Shown here: piece by piece, positions 48,801 through 63,800 of the stretch
How positions within the stretch are numbered: the first letter of the stretch is position 1
Layout: each line of letters opens with the position of its first letter
Source of the DNA: Balanoglossus misakiensis
Taxonomy: Eukaryota; Animalia; Hemichordata
Length of the DNA stretch: 64,000 bases
Assembly (NCBI GenBank): GCA_040954595.2
Contig: CM082580.2
Location: 548,783 to 612,782, forward strand
Direction of reading: 5' to 3'
Position numbers and translations under genes: made by a program
The notes under the pieces: generated by a model
What the model saw: only the letters and a program-made list of their open reading frames with translations
What the model was told of the DNA's origin: nothing
Databases searched by the model: none

Positions 48801-51800
48801 AATTTTGAGATTTTGCAAATTCGAAAATTTGTAATTTTTTGATGATTTTCACCCATGTTTTTTTTCAAAAATCAACGAACCCATGATTTTTTTTCAAAAA
48901 TCGACAAAATTTTGAGATTTTGCAAAGTCGAAAATTTGTCATTTTTTGATGATTTTCACCCATGATTTTTCTCAAAAATCGACGAAATTTTGAGATTTTG
49001 CAAAGTCGAAAATTTGTAATTTTTTGATGATTTTCACCCATGATTTTTTTTCAAAAATCGACGAAATTTTGAGATTTTGCAATGTCGAAAATTTGTCATT
49101 TATTAATGATTTTCACCCATGATTTTTTTTCAAAAATCGACAAAATTTTGAGATTTTGCAAAGTCGAAAATTTGTAATTTTTTGATGATTTTCACCCATG
49201 TTTTTTTTCAAAATTGAACGAACCCATGATTTTTTTCAAAAATCGACTAAATTTTGAGATTTTGCATAGTCGAAAATTTGTAATTTTTTGATGATTTTCA
49301 CCCATGACTTTTTTTCAAAAATTTACGAAATTTTGAGATTTTGCAAAGTCGAAAATTTGTAATTTTTTGATGATTTTCACCCATGTTTTTTTTTCAAAAA
49401 TCGACGAAATTTTGTGATTTTGCAAATTCGAAAATTTGTAATTTTTTGATGATTTTCACCCATGTTTTTTTTCAAAAATCAACGAACCCATGATTTTTTT
49501 TCAAAAATCGACAAAATGTTGAGATTTTGCAAAGTCGAAAATTTGTAATTTTTTGATGATTTTCACCCATGATTTTTTTTCAAAAATCGACGAAATTTTG
49601 AGATTTTGCAAAGTCGAAAATTTGTAATTTTTTGATGATTTTCACCCATGATTTTTTTTCAAAAATCGACGAAATTTTGAGATTTTGCAAAGTCGAAAAT
49701 TTGTCATTTATTAATGATTTTCACCCATGATTTTTTTTCAAAAATCGACAAAATTTTGAGATTTTGCAAAGTCGAAAATTTGTCATTTTTTGATGATTTT
49801 CACCCATGATTGTTTTCAAAAATCGACAAAATTTTTAGATTTTGCAAAGTCGAAAATTTGTAATTTTTTGATGATTTTTACCCATGATTTTTTTTTTTCA
49901 AAAATCTACGAAATTTTGAGATTTTGCAAAGTCGAAAATTTGTCATTTTTTGATGATTTTCACCCATGATTTTTTTCAAAAATCGACAAAATTTTTAGAT
50001 TTTGCAAAGTCGAAAATTTGTAATTTTTTGATGATTTTTACCCATGATTTTTTTTTTCAAAAATCGACGAAATTTTGAGATTTTGCAAAGACGAAAATTT
50101 GTAATTTTTTGATGATTTTCACCCATGACTTTTTTTCAAAAATTTAAGAAATTTTGAGATTTTGCAAATTCGAAAATTTGTAATTTTTTGATGATTTTCA
50201 CCCATGTTTTTTTTCAAAAATCAACGAACCCATGATTTTTTTTCAAAAATCGACAAAATTTTGAGATTTTGCAAAGTCGAAAATTTGTCATTTTTTGATG
50301 ATTTTCACCCATGATTTTTCTCAAAAATCGACGAAATTTTGAGATTTTGCAAAGTCGAAAATTTGTAATTTTTTGATGATTTTCACCCATGATTTTTTTT
50401 CAAAAATCGACGAAATTTTGAGATTTTGCAATGTCGAAAATTTGTCATTTATTAATGATTTTCACCCATGATTTTTTTTCAAAAATCGACAAAATTTTGA
50501 GATTTTGCAAAGTCGAAAATTTGTAATTTTTTGATGATTTTCACCCATGTTTTTTTTCAAAATTGAACGAACCCATGATTTTTTTCAAAAATCGACTAAA
50601 TTTTGAGATTTTGCATAGTCGAAAATTTGTCATTTTTTGATGATTTTCACCCATGATTTTTTTCAAAAATCGACAAAATTTTTAGATTTTGCAAAGTCGA
50701 AAATTTGTAATTTTTTGATTATTTTCACCCATGATTTTTTTCAAAAATCGACAAAATTTTGAGATTTTGCAAATTCGAAAATTTGTAATTTTTTGATGAT
50801 TTTCACCCATGTTTTTTTTCAAAAATCAACGAACCCATGATTTTTTTTCAAAAATCGACAAAATTTTGAGATTTTGCAAAGTCGAAAATTTGTCATTTTT
50901 TGATGATTTTCACCCATGATTTTTTTCAAAAATCGACAAAATTTTTAGATTTTGCAAAGTCGAAAATTTGTAATTTTTTGATTATTTTCACCCATGATTT
51001 TTTTCAAAAATCGACAAAATTTTGAGATTTTGCAAATTCGAAAATTTGTAATTTTTTGATGATTTTCACCCATGATTTTTTTCAAAAATCGACGAAATGT
51101 TGAGATTTTGCAAAGTCGAAAATTTGTCATTTTTTGATGATTTTCTCCCATGATTTTTTTCAAAAATCGACAAAATTTTGAGATTTTGCAAAGTCGAAAA
51201 TTTGTAATTTTTTGATGATTTTCACCCATGTTTTTTTTCAAAATTGAACGAACCCATGATTTTTTTCAAAAATCGACTAAATTTTGAGATTTTGCATAGT
51301 CGAAAATTTGTCATTTTTTGATGATTTTCACCCATGATTTTTTTCAAAAATCGACAAAATTTTTAGATTTTGCAAAGTCGAAAATTTGTAATTTTTTGAT
51401 TATTTTCACCCATGATTTTTTTCAAAAATCGACAAAATTTTGAGATTTTGCAAATTCGAAAATTTGTAATTTTTTGATGATTTTCACCCATGTTTTTTTT
51501 CAAAAATCAACGAACCCATGATTTTTTTTCAAAAATCGACAAAATTTTGAGATTTTGCAAAGTCGAAAATTTGTCATTTTTTGATGATTTTCACCCATGA
51601 TTTTTTTCAAAAATCGACAAAATTTTTAGATTTTGCAAAGTCGAAAATTTGTAATTTTTTGATTATTTTCACCCATGATTTTTTTCAAAAATCGACAAAA
51701 TTTTGAGATTTTGCAAATTCGAAAATTTGTAATTTTTTGATGATTTTCACCCATGTATTTTTTCAAAAATCAACGAACCCATGATTTTTTTTCAAAAATC

Positions 51801-54800
51801 GACAAAATTTTGAGTTTTTGCAAAGTCGAAAATTTGTCATTTTTTGATGATTTTCACCCATGATTTTTCTTAAAAATCGACGAAATTTTGAGATTTTGCA
51901 AAGTCGAAAATTTGTAATTTTTTGATGATTTTCACCCATGATTTTTTTTCAAAAATCGACGAAATTTTGAGATTTTGCAAAGTCGAAAATTTGTCATTTA
52001 TTAATGATTTTCACCCATGATTTTTTTTCAAAAATCGACAAAATTTTGAGATTTTGCAAAGTCGAAAATTTGTAATTTTTTGATGATTTTCACCCATGTT
52101 TTTTTTTAAAATTGAACGAACCCATGATTTTTTTCAAAAATCGACGAAATTTTGAGATTTTGCAAAGTCGAAAATTTGTCATTTTTTGATGATTTTCACC
52201 CATGATTTTTTTCAAAAATCGACAAAATTTTTAGATTTTGCAAAGTCGAAAATTTGTTATTTTTTGATGATTTTTACCCATGATTTTTTTTTTCAAAAAT
52301 CGACGAAATTTTGAGATTTTGCAAAGACGAAAATTTGTAATTTTTTGATGATTTTCACCCATGACTTTTTTTCAAATATTTACGAAATTTTGAGATTTTG
52401 AAAAGTCGAAAATTTGTCATTTTTTGATGATTTTCACCCATGTTTTTTTTCAAAAATCGACGAAATTTTGAGATTTTGCAAATTCGAAAATTTGTAATTT
52501 TTTGATGATTTTCACCCATGTTTTTTTTCAAAAATCAACGAACCCATGATTTTTTTTCAAAAATCGACAAAATTTTGAGATTTTGCAAAGTCGAAAATTT
52601 GTCATTTTTTGATGATTTTCACCCATGATTTTTTTCAAAAATCGACGAGATTTTGAGATTTTGCAAAGACGAAAATTTGTAATTTTTTGATGATTTTCAC
52701 CCATGACTTTTTTTCAAAAATTTACGAAATTTTGAGATTTTGCAAAGTCGAAAATTTGTCATTTTTTGATGATTTTCACCCATGTTTTTTTTTCAAAAAT
52801 CGACGAAATTTTGAGATTTTGCAAATTCGAAAATTTGTAATTTTTTGATGATTTTCACCCATGTTTTTTTTAAAAAATCAACGAACCCATGATTTTTTTT
52901 CAAAAATCGACAAAATTTTGAGATTTTGCAAAGTCGAAAATTTGTCATTTTTTGATGATTTTCACCCATTATTTTTTTCAAAACTCGACGAAATTTTGAG
53001 ATTTTGCAAAGACGAAAATTTGTAATTTTTTGATGATTTTCACCCATGACTTTTTTTCAAAAATTTACGAAATTTTGAGATTTTGCAAAGTCGAAAATTT
53101 GTCATTTTTTGATGATTTTCACCCATGTTTTTTTTTCAAAAATCGACGAAATTTTGAGATTTTGCAAATTCGAAAATTTGTACTTTTTTGATGATTTTCA
53201 CCCATGTTTTTTTTCAAAAATCAACGAACCCATGATTTTTTTTCAAAAATCGACAAAATTTTGAGATTTTGCAAAGTCGAAAATTTGTCATTTTTTCTTG
53301 ATTTTCACCCATGATTTTTCTCAAAAATCGACGAAATTTTGAGATTTTGCAAAGTCGAAAATTTGTCATTTTTTGATGATTTTCACCCATGATTTTTTTT
53401 CAAAAATCGACGAAATTTTGAGATTTTGCAAAGTCGAAAATTTGTCATTTATTAATGATTTTCACCCATGATTTTTTTCAAAAATCGACAAAATTTTGAG
53501 ATTTTGCAAAGTCGAAAATTTGTCATTTTTTGATGATTTTCACCCATGATTTTTTTCAAAACTCGACGAAATTTTGAGATTTTGCAAAGACGAAAATTTG
53601 TAATTTTTTGATGATTTTCACCCATGACTTTTTTTCAAAAATTTACGAAATTTTGAGATTTTGCAAAGTCGAAAATTTGTCATTTTTTGATGATTTTCAC
53701 CCATGATTTTTTTCAAAAATCGACAAAATTTTTAGATTTTGCAAAGTCGAAAATTTGTAATTTATTGATGATTTTTACCCATGATTTTTTTTTTCAAAAA
53801 TCGACGAAATTTTGAGATTTTGCAAAGACGAAAATTTGTAATTTTTTGATGATTTTCACCCATGACTTTTTTTCAAAAATTTAAGAAATTTTGAGATTTT
53901 GCAAATTCGAAAATTTGTAATTTTTTGATGATTTTCACCCATGTTTTTTTTCAAAAATCAACGAACCCATGATTTTTTTTCAAAAATCGACAAAATTTTG
54001 AGATTTTGCAAAGTCGAAAATTTGTCATTTTTTGATGATTTTCACCCATGATTTTTCTCAAAAATCGACGAAATTTTGAGATTTTGCAAAGTCGAAAATT
54101 TGTAATTTTTTGATGATTTTCACCCATGATTTTTTTTCAAAAATCGACGAAATTTTGAGATTTTGCAATGTCGAAAATTTGTCATTTATTAATGATTTTC
54201 ACCCATGATTTTTTTTCAAAAATCGACAAAATTTTGAGATTTTGCAAAGTCGAAAATTTGTAATTTTTTGATGATTTTCACCCATGTTTTTTTTCAAAAT
54301 TGAACGAACCCATGATTTTTTTCACAAATCGACTAAATTTTGAGATTTTGCATAGTCGAAAATTTGTCATTTTTTGATGATTTTCACCCATGATTTTTTT
54401 CAAAAATCGACAAAATTTTTAGATTTTGCAAAGTCGAAAATTTGTAATTTTTTGATTATTTTCACCCATGATTTTTTTCAAAAATCGACAAAATTTTGAG
54501 ATTTTGCAAATTCGAAAATTTGTAATTTTTTGATGATTTTCACCCATGTTTTTTTTCAAAAATCAACGAACCCATGATTTTTTTTCAAAAATCGACAAAA
54601 TTTTGAGATTTTGCAAAGTCGAAAATTTGTCATTTTTTGATGATTTTCACCCATGATTTTTTTCAAAAATCGACAAAATTTTTAGATTTTGCAAAGTCGA
54701 AAATTTGTAATTTTTTGATTATTTTCACCCATGATTTTTTTCAAAAATCGACAAAATTTTGAGATTTTGCAAATTCGAAAATTTGTAATTTTTTGATGAT

Positions 54801-57800
54801 TTTCACCCATGTATTTTTTCAAAAATCAACGAACCCATGATTTTTTTTCAAAAATCGACAAAATTTTGAGTTTTTGCAAAGTCGAAAATTTGTCATTTTT
54901 TGATGATTTTCACCCATGATTTTTCTCAAAAATCGACGAAATTTTGAGATTTTGCAAAGTCGAAAATTTGTAATTTTTTGATGATTTTCACCCATGATTT
55001 TTTTTCAAAAATCGACGAAATTTTGAGATTTTGCAAAGTCGAAAATTTGTCATTTATTAATGATTTTCACCCATGATTTTTTTTCAAAAATCGACAAAAT
55101 TTTGAGATTTTGCAAAGTCGAAAATTTGTAATTTTTTGATGATTTTCACCCATGTTTTTTTTTAAAATTGAACGAACCCATGATTTTTTTCAAAAATCGA
55201 CGAAATTTTGAGATTTTGCAAAGTCGAAAATTTGTCATTTTTTGATGATTTTCACCCATGATTTTTTTCAAAAATCGACAAAATTTTTAGATTTTGCAAA
55301 GTCGAAAATTTGTTATTTTTTGATGATTTTTACCCATGATTTTTTTTTTCAAAAATCGACGAAATTTTGAGATTTTGCAAAGACGAAAATTTGTAATTTT
55401 TTGATGATTTTCACCCATGACTTTTTTTCAAATATTTACGAAATTTTGAGATTTTGAAAAGTCGAAAATTTGTCATTTTTTGATGATTTTCACCCATGTT
55501 TTTTTTCAAAAATCGACGAAATTTTGAGATTTTGCAAATTCGAAAATTTGTAATTTTTTGATGATTTTCACCCATGTTTTTTTTCAAAAATCAACGAACC
55601 CATGATTTTTTTTCAAAAATCGACAAAATTTTGAGATTTTGCAAAGTCGAAAATTTGTCATTTTTTGATGATTTTCACCCATGATTTTTTTCAAAAATCG
55701 ACGAGATTTTGAGATTTTGCAAAGACGAAAATTTGTAATTTTTTGATGATTTTCACCCATGACTTTTTTTCAAAAATTTACGAAATTTTGAGATTTTGCA
55801 AAGTCGAAAATTTGTCATTTTTTGATGATTTTCACCCATGTTTTTTTTTCAAAAATCGACGAAATTTTGAGATTTTGCAAATTCGAAAATTTGTAATTTT
55901 TTGATGATTTTCACCCATGTTTTTTTTAAAAAATCAACGAACCCATGATTTTTTTTCAAAAATCGACAAAATTTTGAGATTTTGCAAAGTCGAAAATTTG
56001 TCATTTTTTGATGATTTTCACCCATTATTTTTTTCAAAACTCGACGAAATTTTGAGATTTTGCAAAGACGAAAATTTGTAATTTTTTGATGATTTTCACC
56101 CATGACTTTTTTTCAAAAATTTACGAAATTTTGAGATTTTGCAAAGTCGAAAATTTGTCATTTTTTGATGATTTTCACCCATGTTTTTTTTTCAAAAATC
56201 GACGAAATTTTGAGATTTTGCAAATTCGAAAATTTGTACTTTTTTGATGATTTTCACCCATGTTTTTTTTCAAAAATCAACGAACCCATGATTTTTTTTC
56301 AAAAATCGACAAAATTTTGAGATTTTGCAAAGTCGAAAATTTGTCATTTTTTGATGATTTTCACCCATGATTTTTCTCAAAAATCGACGAAATTTTGAGA
56401 TTTTGCAAAGTCGAAAATTTGTCATTTTTTGATGATTTTCACCCATGATTTTTTTTCAAAAATCGACGAAATTTTGAGATTTTGCAAAGTCGAAAATTTG
56501 TCATTTATTAATGATTTTCACCCATGATTTTTTTTCAAAAATCGACAAAATTTTGAGATTTTGCAAAGTCGAAAATTTGTCATTTTTTGATGATTTTCAC
56601 CCATGATTTTTTTCAAAACTCGACGAAATTTTGAGATTTTGCAAAGACGAAAATTTGTAATTTTTTGATGATTTTCACCCATGACTTTTTTTCAAAAATT
56701 TACGAAATTTTGAGATTTTGCAAAGTCGAAAATTTGTCATTTTTTGATGATTTTCACCCATGATTTTTTTCAAAAATCGACAAAATTTTGAGATTTTGCA
56801 AATTCGAAAATTTGTACTTTTTTGATGATTTTCACCCATGTTTTTTTTCAAAAATCAACGAACCCATGATTTTTTTTCAAAAATCGACAAAATTTTGAGA
56901 TTTTGCAAAGTCGAAAATTTGTCATTTTTTGATGATTTTCACCCATGATTTTTCTCAAAAATCGACGAAATTTTGAGATTTTGCAAAGTCGAAAATTTGT
57001 CATTTTTTGATGATTTTCACCCATGATTTTTTTTCAAAAATCGACGAAATTTTGAGATTTTGCAAAGTCGAAAATTTGTCATTTATTAATGATTTTTCAC
57101 CCATGATTTTTTTTCAAAAATCGACAAAATTTTGAGATTTTGCAAAGTCGAAAATTTGTCATTTTTTGATGATTTTCACCCATGATTTTTTTCAAAAATC
57201 GACGAAATTTTGAGATTTAGCAAAGACGAAAATTTGTCATTTTTTGATGATTTTGACCCATGATTTTTTTTCAAAAATGTACGAAATTTTGAGATTTTGC
57301 AAAGTCGAAAATTTGTAATTTTTTGATGATTTTCACCAATGTTTTTTTTTAAAAATCAACGAACCCATGATTTTTTTCAAAAATTGACACCAATGTTTTT
57401 TTTTAAAAATCAACGAACTCATGATTTTTTTAAAAAATTGACAACATTTTGAGATTTTGCAAAGTCGAAAATTTGTCATTTTTTGATGATTTTCACCATG
57501 ATTGTTTTTTTCAAAAATCGACAAAATTTTTAGATTTTGCAAAGTCGAAAATTTGTAATTTTTTGATGATTTTTACCCATGATTTTTTTTTTCAAAAATC
57601 GACGAAATTTTGAGATTTTGCAAAGACGAAAATTTGCAATTTTTTGATGATTTTCACCCATGACTTTTTTTCAAAAATTTACGAAATTTTGAGATTTTGC
57701 AAAGTCGAAAATTTGTCATTTTTTGATGATTTTTTCCCATGATTTTGTTTTTCAAAAATCGACCAAATTTTGGGATTTTGCAAAGACGAAAATTTGTCAT

Positions 57801-60800
57801 TTTTTGATGATTTTCACCCATGATTTTTTTCAAAAATCGACGAAATTTGAGATTTTGCAAAGTCGAAAATTTGTCATTTTTTGATGATTTTCACCCATGT
57901 TTTTTTTCAAAAATCTACGAAATTTTGAGATTTTGCAAAGTCGAAAATTTGTCATTTTTTGATGATTTTCACCCATGATTTTTTTCAAAAATCGACAAAA
58001 TTTTTAGATTTTGCAAAGTCGAAAATTTGTAATTTTTTGATGATTTTTACCCATGATTTTTTTTTTTCAAAAATCGACGAAATTTTGAGATTTTGCAAAG
58101 ACGAAAATTTGTAATTTTTTGATGATTTTCACCCATGACTTTTTTTCAAAAATTTACGAAATTTTGAGATTTTGCAAAGTCGAAAATTTGTCATTTTTTG
58201 ATGATTTTCACCCATGATTTTTCTCAAAAATCGACGAAATTTTGAGATTTTGCAAAGTCGAAAATTTGTAATTTTTTGATGATTTTCACCCATGATTTTT
58301 TTTCAAAAATCAACGAACCCATGATTTTTTTTCAAAAATCGACAAAATTTTGAGATTTTGCAAAGTCGAAAATTTGTCATTTTTTGATGATTTTCACCCA
58401 TGATTTTTCTCAAAAATCGACGAAATTTTGAGATTTTGCAAAGTCGAAAATTTGTAATTTTTTGATGATTTTCACCCATGATTTTTTTTCAAAAATCGAC
58501 GAAATTTTGAGATTTTGCAATGTCGAAAATTTATCATTTATTAATGATTTTCACCCATGATTTTTTTTCAAAAATCGACAAATTTTTGAGATTTTGCAAA
58601 GTCGAAAATTTGTAATTTTTTGATGATTTTCACCCATGTTTTTTTTCAAAATTGAACGAACCCATGATTTTTTTCAAAAATCGACGAAATTTTGAGATTT
58701 TGCAAAGTCGAAAATTTGTCATTTTTTGATGATTTTCACCCATGATTTTTTTCAAAAATCGACGAAATTTTGAGATTTTGCAAAGTCGAAAATGTGTCAT
58801 TTTTTGATGATTTTCACCCATGATTTTTTTCAAAAATCGACAAAATTTTGAGATTTTGCAAATTCGAAAATTTGTAATTTTTTGATGATTTTCACCCATG
58901 TTTTTTTTCAAAAATCAACGAACCCATGATTTTTTTTCAAAAATCGACAAAATTTTGAGATTTTGCAAAGTCGAAAATTTGTCATTTTTTGATGATTTTC
59001 ACCCATGATTTTTCTCAAAAATCGACGAAATTTTGAGATTTTGCAAAGTCGAAAATTTGTAATTTTTTGATGATTTTCACCCATGATTTTTTTTCAAAAA
59101 TCGACGAAATTTTGAGATTTTGCAAAGTCGAAAATTTGTCATTTATTAATGATTTTCACCCATGATTTTTTTTCAAAAATCGACAAAATTTTGAGATTTT
59201 GCAAAGTCGAAAATTTGTAATTTTTTGATGATTTTCACCCATGTTTTTTTTCAAAATTGAACGAACCCATGATTTTTTTCAAAATCGACGAAATTTTGAG
59301 ATTTTGCAAAGTCGAAAATTTGTCATTTTTTGATGATTTTCACCCGTTTTTTTTTTCAAAAATCGACGAAATTTTGAGATTTTGCAAAGTCGAAAATTTG
59401 TCATTTATTAATGATTTTCACCCATGATTTTTTTTCAAAAATCGACAAATTTTTGAGATTTTGCAAAGTCGAAAATTTGTAATTTTTTGATGATTTTCAC
59501 CCATGTTTTTTTTCAAAATTGAACGAACCCATGATTTTTTTCAAAAATCGACGAAATTTTGAGATTTTGCAAAGTCGAAAATTTGTCATTTTTTGATGAT
59601 TTTCACCCATGATTTTTTTTCAAAAATCGACAAAATTTTGAGATTTTGCAAAGTCAAAAATTTGTAATTTTTTGATGATTTTTACCCATGATTTTTTTTT
59701 TCAAAAATCGACGAAATTTTGAGATTTTGCAAATTCGAAAATTTGTAATTTTTTGATGATTTTCACCCTTTTTTTTTCAAAAATCAACGAACCCATGATT
59801 TTTTTTCAAAAATCTACGAAATTTTGAGATTTTGCAAAGTCGAAAATTTGTCATTTTTTGATGATTTTCACCCATGATTTTTTTCAAAAATCGACAAAAT
59901 TTTTAGATTTTGCAAAGTCGAAAATTTGTAATTTTTTGATGATTTTTACCCATGATTTTTTTTTTCAAAAATCGACGAAATTTTGAGATTTTGCAAAGAC
60001 GAAAATTTGTAATTTTTTGATGATTTTCACCCATATTTTTTTTCAAAATTGAACGAACCCATGATTTTTTTCAAAAATCGACGAAATTTTGAGATTTTGC
60101 AAAGTCGAAAATTTGTCATTTTTTGATGATTTTCACCCATGATTTTTTTCAAAAATCGACGAAATTTTGAGATTTTGCAAAGTCGAAAATTTGTCATTTT
60201 TTGATGATTTTCACCCATGTCTTTTTTCAAAAATCGAAAAAATTTTGAGATTTTGCAAAGTCGAAAATTTGTCATTTTTTGATGATTTTCACCCATGATT
60301 TTCTTCAAAAATTGACGAAATTTTGAGATTTTGCAAAGTCGAAAATTTGTCATTTTTTGATGATTTTTCACCCATGATTTTTTTTCAAAAATCGACGAAA
60401 TTTTGAGATTTTGCAGTCGAAAATTTGTCATTTTTTGATGATTTTCACCCATGATTTTTTCAAAAATCGACGAAATTATGAGATTTTGCAAAGTCGAAAA
60501 TTTGTCATTTTTTGATGATTTTCACCCATGTTTTTTTTAAAAAAATCGACGTACCTATGATTTTTTTCAAAATCGACGAAATTTTGTGATTTTGCAAAGT
60601 CGAAAATTTTGTCATTTTTTGATGATTTTTAACCATGATTTTTTTTCAAAAATCGACGAAATTTTGAGATTTTGCAAAGTCGAAAATTTTGTCATTTTTT
60701 GATGATTTTCACCCATGATTTTTTTCAAAAATCGACGAAATTTTGAGATTTTGCAAAGTCGAAAATGTGTCATTTTTTGATGATTTTCACCCATGTTTTT

Positions 60801-63800
60801 TTTTAAAAATCGACGAACCTATGATTTTTTTCAAAATCGAAAAAATTTTGAGATTTTGCAAAGTCGAAAATTTGTCATTTTTTGATTATTTTCACCCATG
60901 ATTTTCTTCAAAAATCGACGAAATGTTGAGATTTTTCAAAGTCGAAAAATTGTCATTTTTTGATGATTTTCACCCATGATTTTTTTCAAAAATCGACGAA
61001 ATGTTGAGATTTTGCAAAGTCGAAAATTTTGTCATTTTTTGATGATTTTCAACCATGATTTTTTTTCAAAAATCGACGAAAATTTGAGATTTTGCAAAGA
61101 TGAAAATTTGTCATTTTTGATGATTTTTACCCATAATTTTTTTTCAGAAATGGACGAAATTTTGAGATTTTGCAAAGTCGAAAATGTGTCATTTTTTGAT
61201 GATTTTCACCCATGATTTTTTCAAAAATTGACTAAATTTTGAGATTTTGCAAAGTCGAAAATTTGTCATTTTTTGATGATTTTTCACCCATGATTTTTTT
61301 TCAAAAATCGACGAAATTTTGAGATTTTGCAGTCGAAAATTTGTCATTTTTTGATGATTTTCACCCATGATTTTTTCAAAAATCGACGAAATTTTGAGAT
61401 TTTGCAAAGTCGAAAATTTGTCATTTTTTGATGATTTTCACCCATGTTTTTTTTTAAAAAATCGACGTACCTATGATTTTTTTCAAAATCGACGAAAATT
61501 TGAGATTTTGCAAAGATGAAAATTTGTCATTTTTGATGATTTTTACCCATAATTTTTTTTCAGAAATGGACGAAATTTTGAGATTTTGCAAAGACGAAAA
61601 TTTGTCATTTTTTGATGATTTTCACCCATGATTTTTTTTCAAAAATCGACGAAATTTTGAGATTTTGCAAAGTCGAAAATGTGTCATTTTTTGATGATTT
61701 TTACCCATGATTTTTTTTCAAAAATGGACGAAATTTTGAGATTTTGCAAAGTCGAAAATTTGTTATTTTTTGATGATTTTCACCCATGTCTTTTTTTAAA
61801 AATCGACGAAATTTTGAGATTTTGCAAAGAGGAAAATTTGTCATTTTTTTCATGATTTTCCCCCATGATTTTTTTCAAAAATCGACGAAATTTTGAGATT
61901 TTGCAAAGTCGAAAATTTGTCATTTTTTGATGATTTTTCACCCATGATTTTTTTTCAAAAATCGACGAAATTTTGAGATTTTGCAGTCGAAAATTTGGCA
62001 TTTTTTGATGATTTTCACCCATGATTTTTTCAAAAATCGACGAAATTTTGAGATTTTGCAAAGTCGAAAATGTGTCATTTTTTGATGATTTTCACCCGGT
62101 TTTTTTCAAAATTTGTCATTTTTTGATGATTTTCACCCATGATTTTTTTTCAAAAATCGACGAAATTTTGAGATTTTGCAAAGTCGAAAATGTGTCATTT
62201 TTTGATGATTTTCCCCCATGATTTTTTTCAAAAATCGACGAAATTTTGAGATTTTGCAAAGTTGAAAATTTTTCAAAAATCGACGAAATTTATAGATTTT
62301 GCAAAGAGGAAAATTTGTCATTTTTTGATGATTTTCACCCATGATTTTTTTCAAAATTGATGAAATTTTGAGTTTTTGCAGTCGAAAATTTGTCATTTTT
62401 TGATGATTTTCACCCATATTATTTTTCAAAAACCGACGAAATTTTGAGATTTTGCAAACATGAAAATTTGTCATTTTTTGATGATTTTCACCCATGATTT
62501 TTTCAAAAATTGACTAAATTTTGAGATTTTGCAAAGTCGAAAATTTGTCATTTTTTGATGATTTTTCACCCATGATTTTTTTTCAAAAATCGACGAAATT
62601 TTGAGATTTTGCAGTCGAAAATTTGTCATTTTTTGATGATTTTCACCCATGATTTTTTCAAAAATCGACGAAATTTTGAGATTTTGCAAAGTCGAAAATT
62701 TGTCATTTTTTGATGATTTTCACCCATGTCTTTTTTCAAAAATCGAAAAAATTTTGAGATTTTGCAAAGTCGAAAATTTGTCATTTTTTGATGATTTTCA
62801 CCCATGATTTTCTTCAAAAATGGACGAAATTTTGAGATTTTGCAAAGTCGAAAATTTGTCATTTTTTGATGATTTTTCACCCATGATTTTTTTTCAAAAA
62901 TCGACGAAATTTTGAGATTTTGCAGTCGAAAATTTGTCATTTTTTGATGATTTTCACCCATGATTTTTTCAAAAATCGACGAAATTTTGAGATTTTGCAA
63001 AGTCGAAAATTTGTCATTTTTTGATGATTTTCACCCATGTTTTTTTTAAAAAAATCGACGTACCTATGATTTTTTTCAAAATCGACGAAATTTTGTGATT
63101 TTGCAAAGTCGAAAATTTTGTCATTTTTTGATGATTTTTAACCATGATTTTTTTTCAAAAATCGACGAAATTTTGAGATTTTGCAAAGTCGAAAATTTTG
63201 TCATTTTTTGATGATTTTCACCCATGATTTTTTTCAAAAATCGACGAAAATTTGAGATTTTGCAAAGATGAAAATTTGTCATTTTTGATGATTTTTACCC
63301 ATAATTTTTTTTCAGAAATGGACGAAATTTTGAGATTTTGCAAAGTCGAAAATGTGTCATTTTTTGATGATTTTCACCCGTTTTTTTTTCAAAATTTGTC
63401 ATTTTTTCATGATTTTCACCCATGATTTTTTTCAAAAATCGACGAAATTTTGAGATTTTGCAAAGTCGAAAATTTGTCATTTTTTGATGATTTTCACCCA
63501 TGATTTTTTTCAAAAATCGACGAAATTTTGAGATTTTGCAAAGTCGAAAATTTGTCATTTTTTGATGATTTTCACCCATGTTTTTTTTAAAAAAATCGAC
63601 GTACCTATGATTTTTTTCAAAATCGACGAAAATTTGAGATTTTGCAAAGATGAAAATTTGTCATTTTTGATGATTTTTACCCATAATTTTTTTTCAGAAA
63701 TGGACGAAATTTTGAGATTTTGCAAAGACGAAAATTTGTCATTTTTTGATGATTTTCACCCATGATTTTTTGTCAAAAATCGACGAAATTTTGAGATTTT

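Noticed and set aside
621-63765. Dozens of 60-160-aa ORFs (MGENHQKMTNFRLCKIS..., MQNLKISSILKK..., ...FFDDFHP)
   Set aside because: These are translations of the 78-bp satellite. The length is divisible by 3, some frames lack stops, and frames are broken at random by homopolymer length changes.
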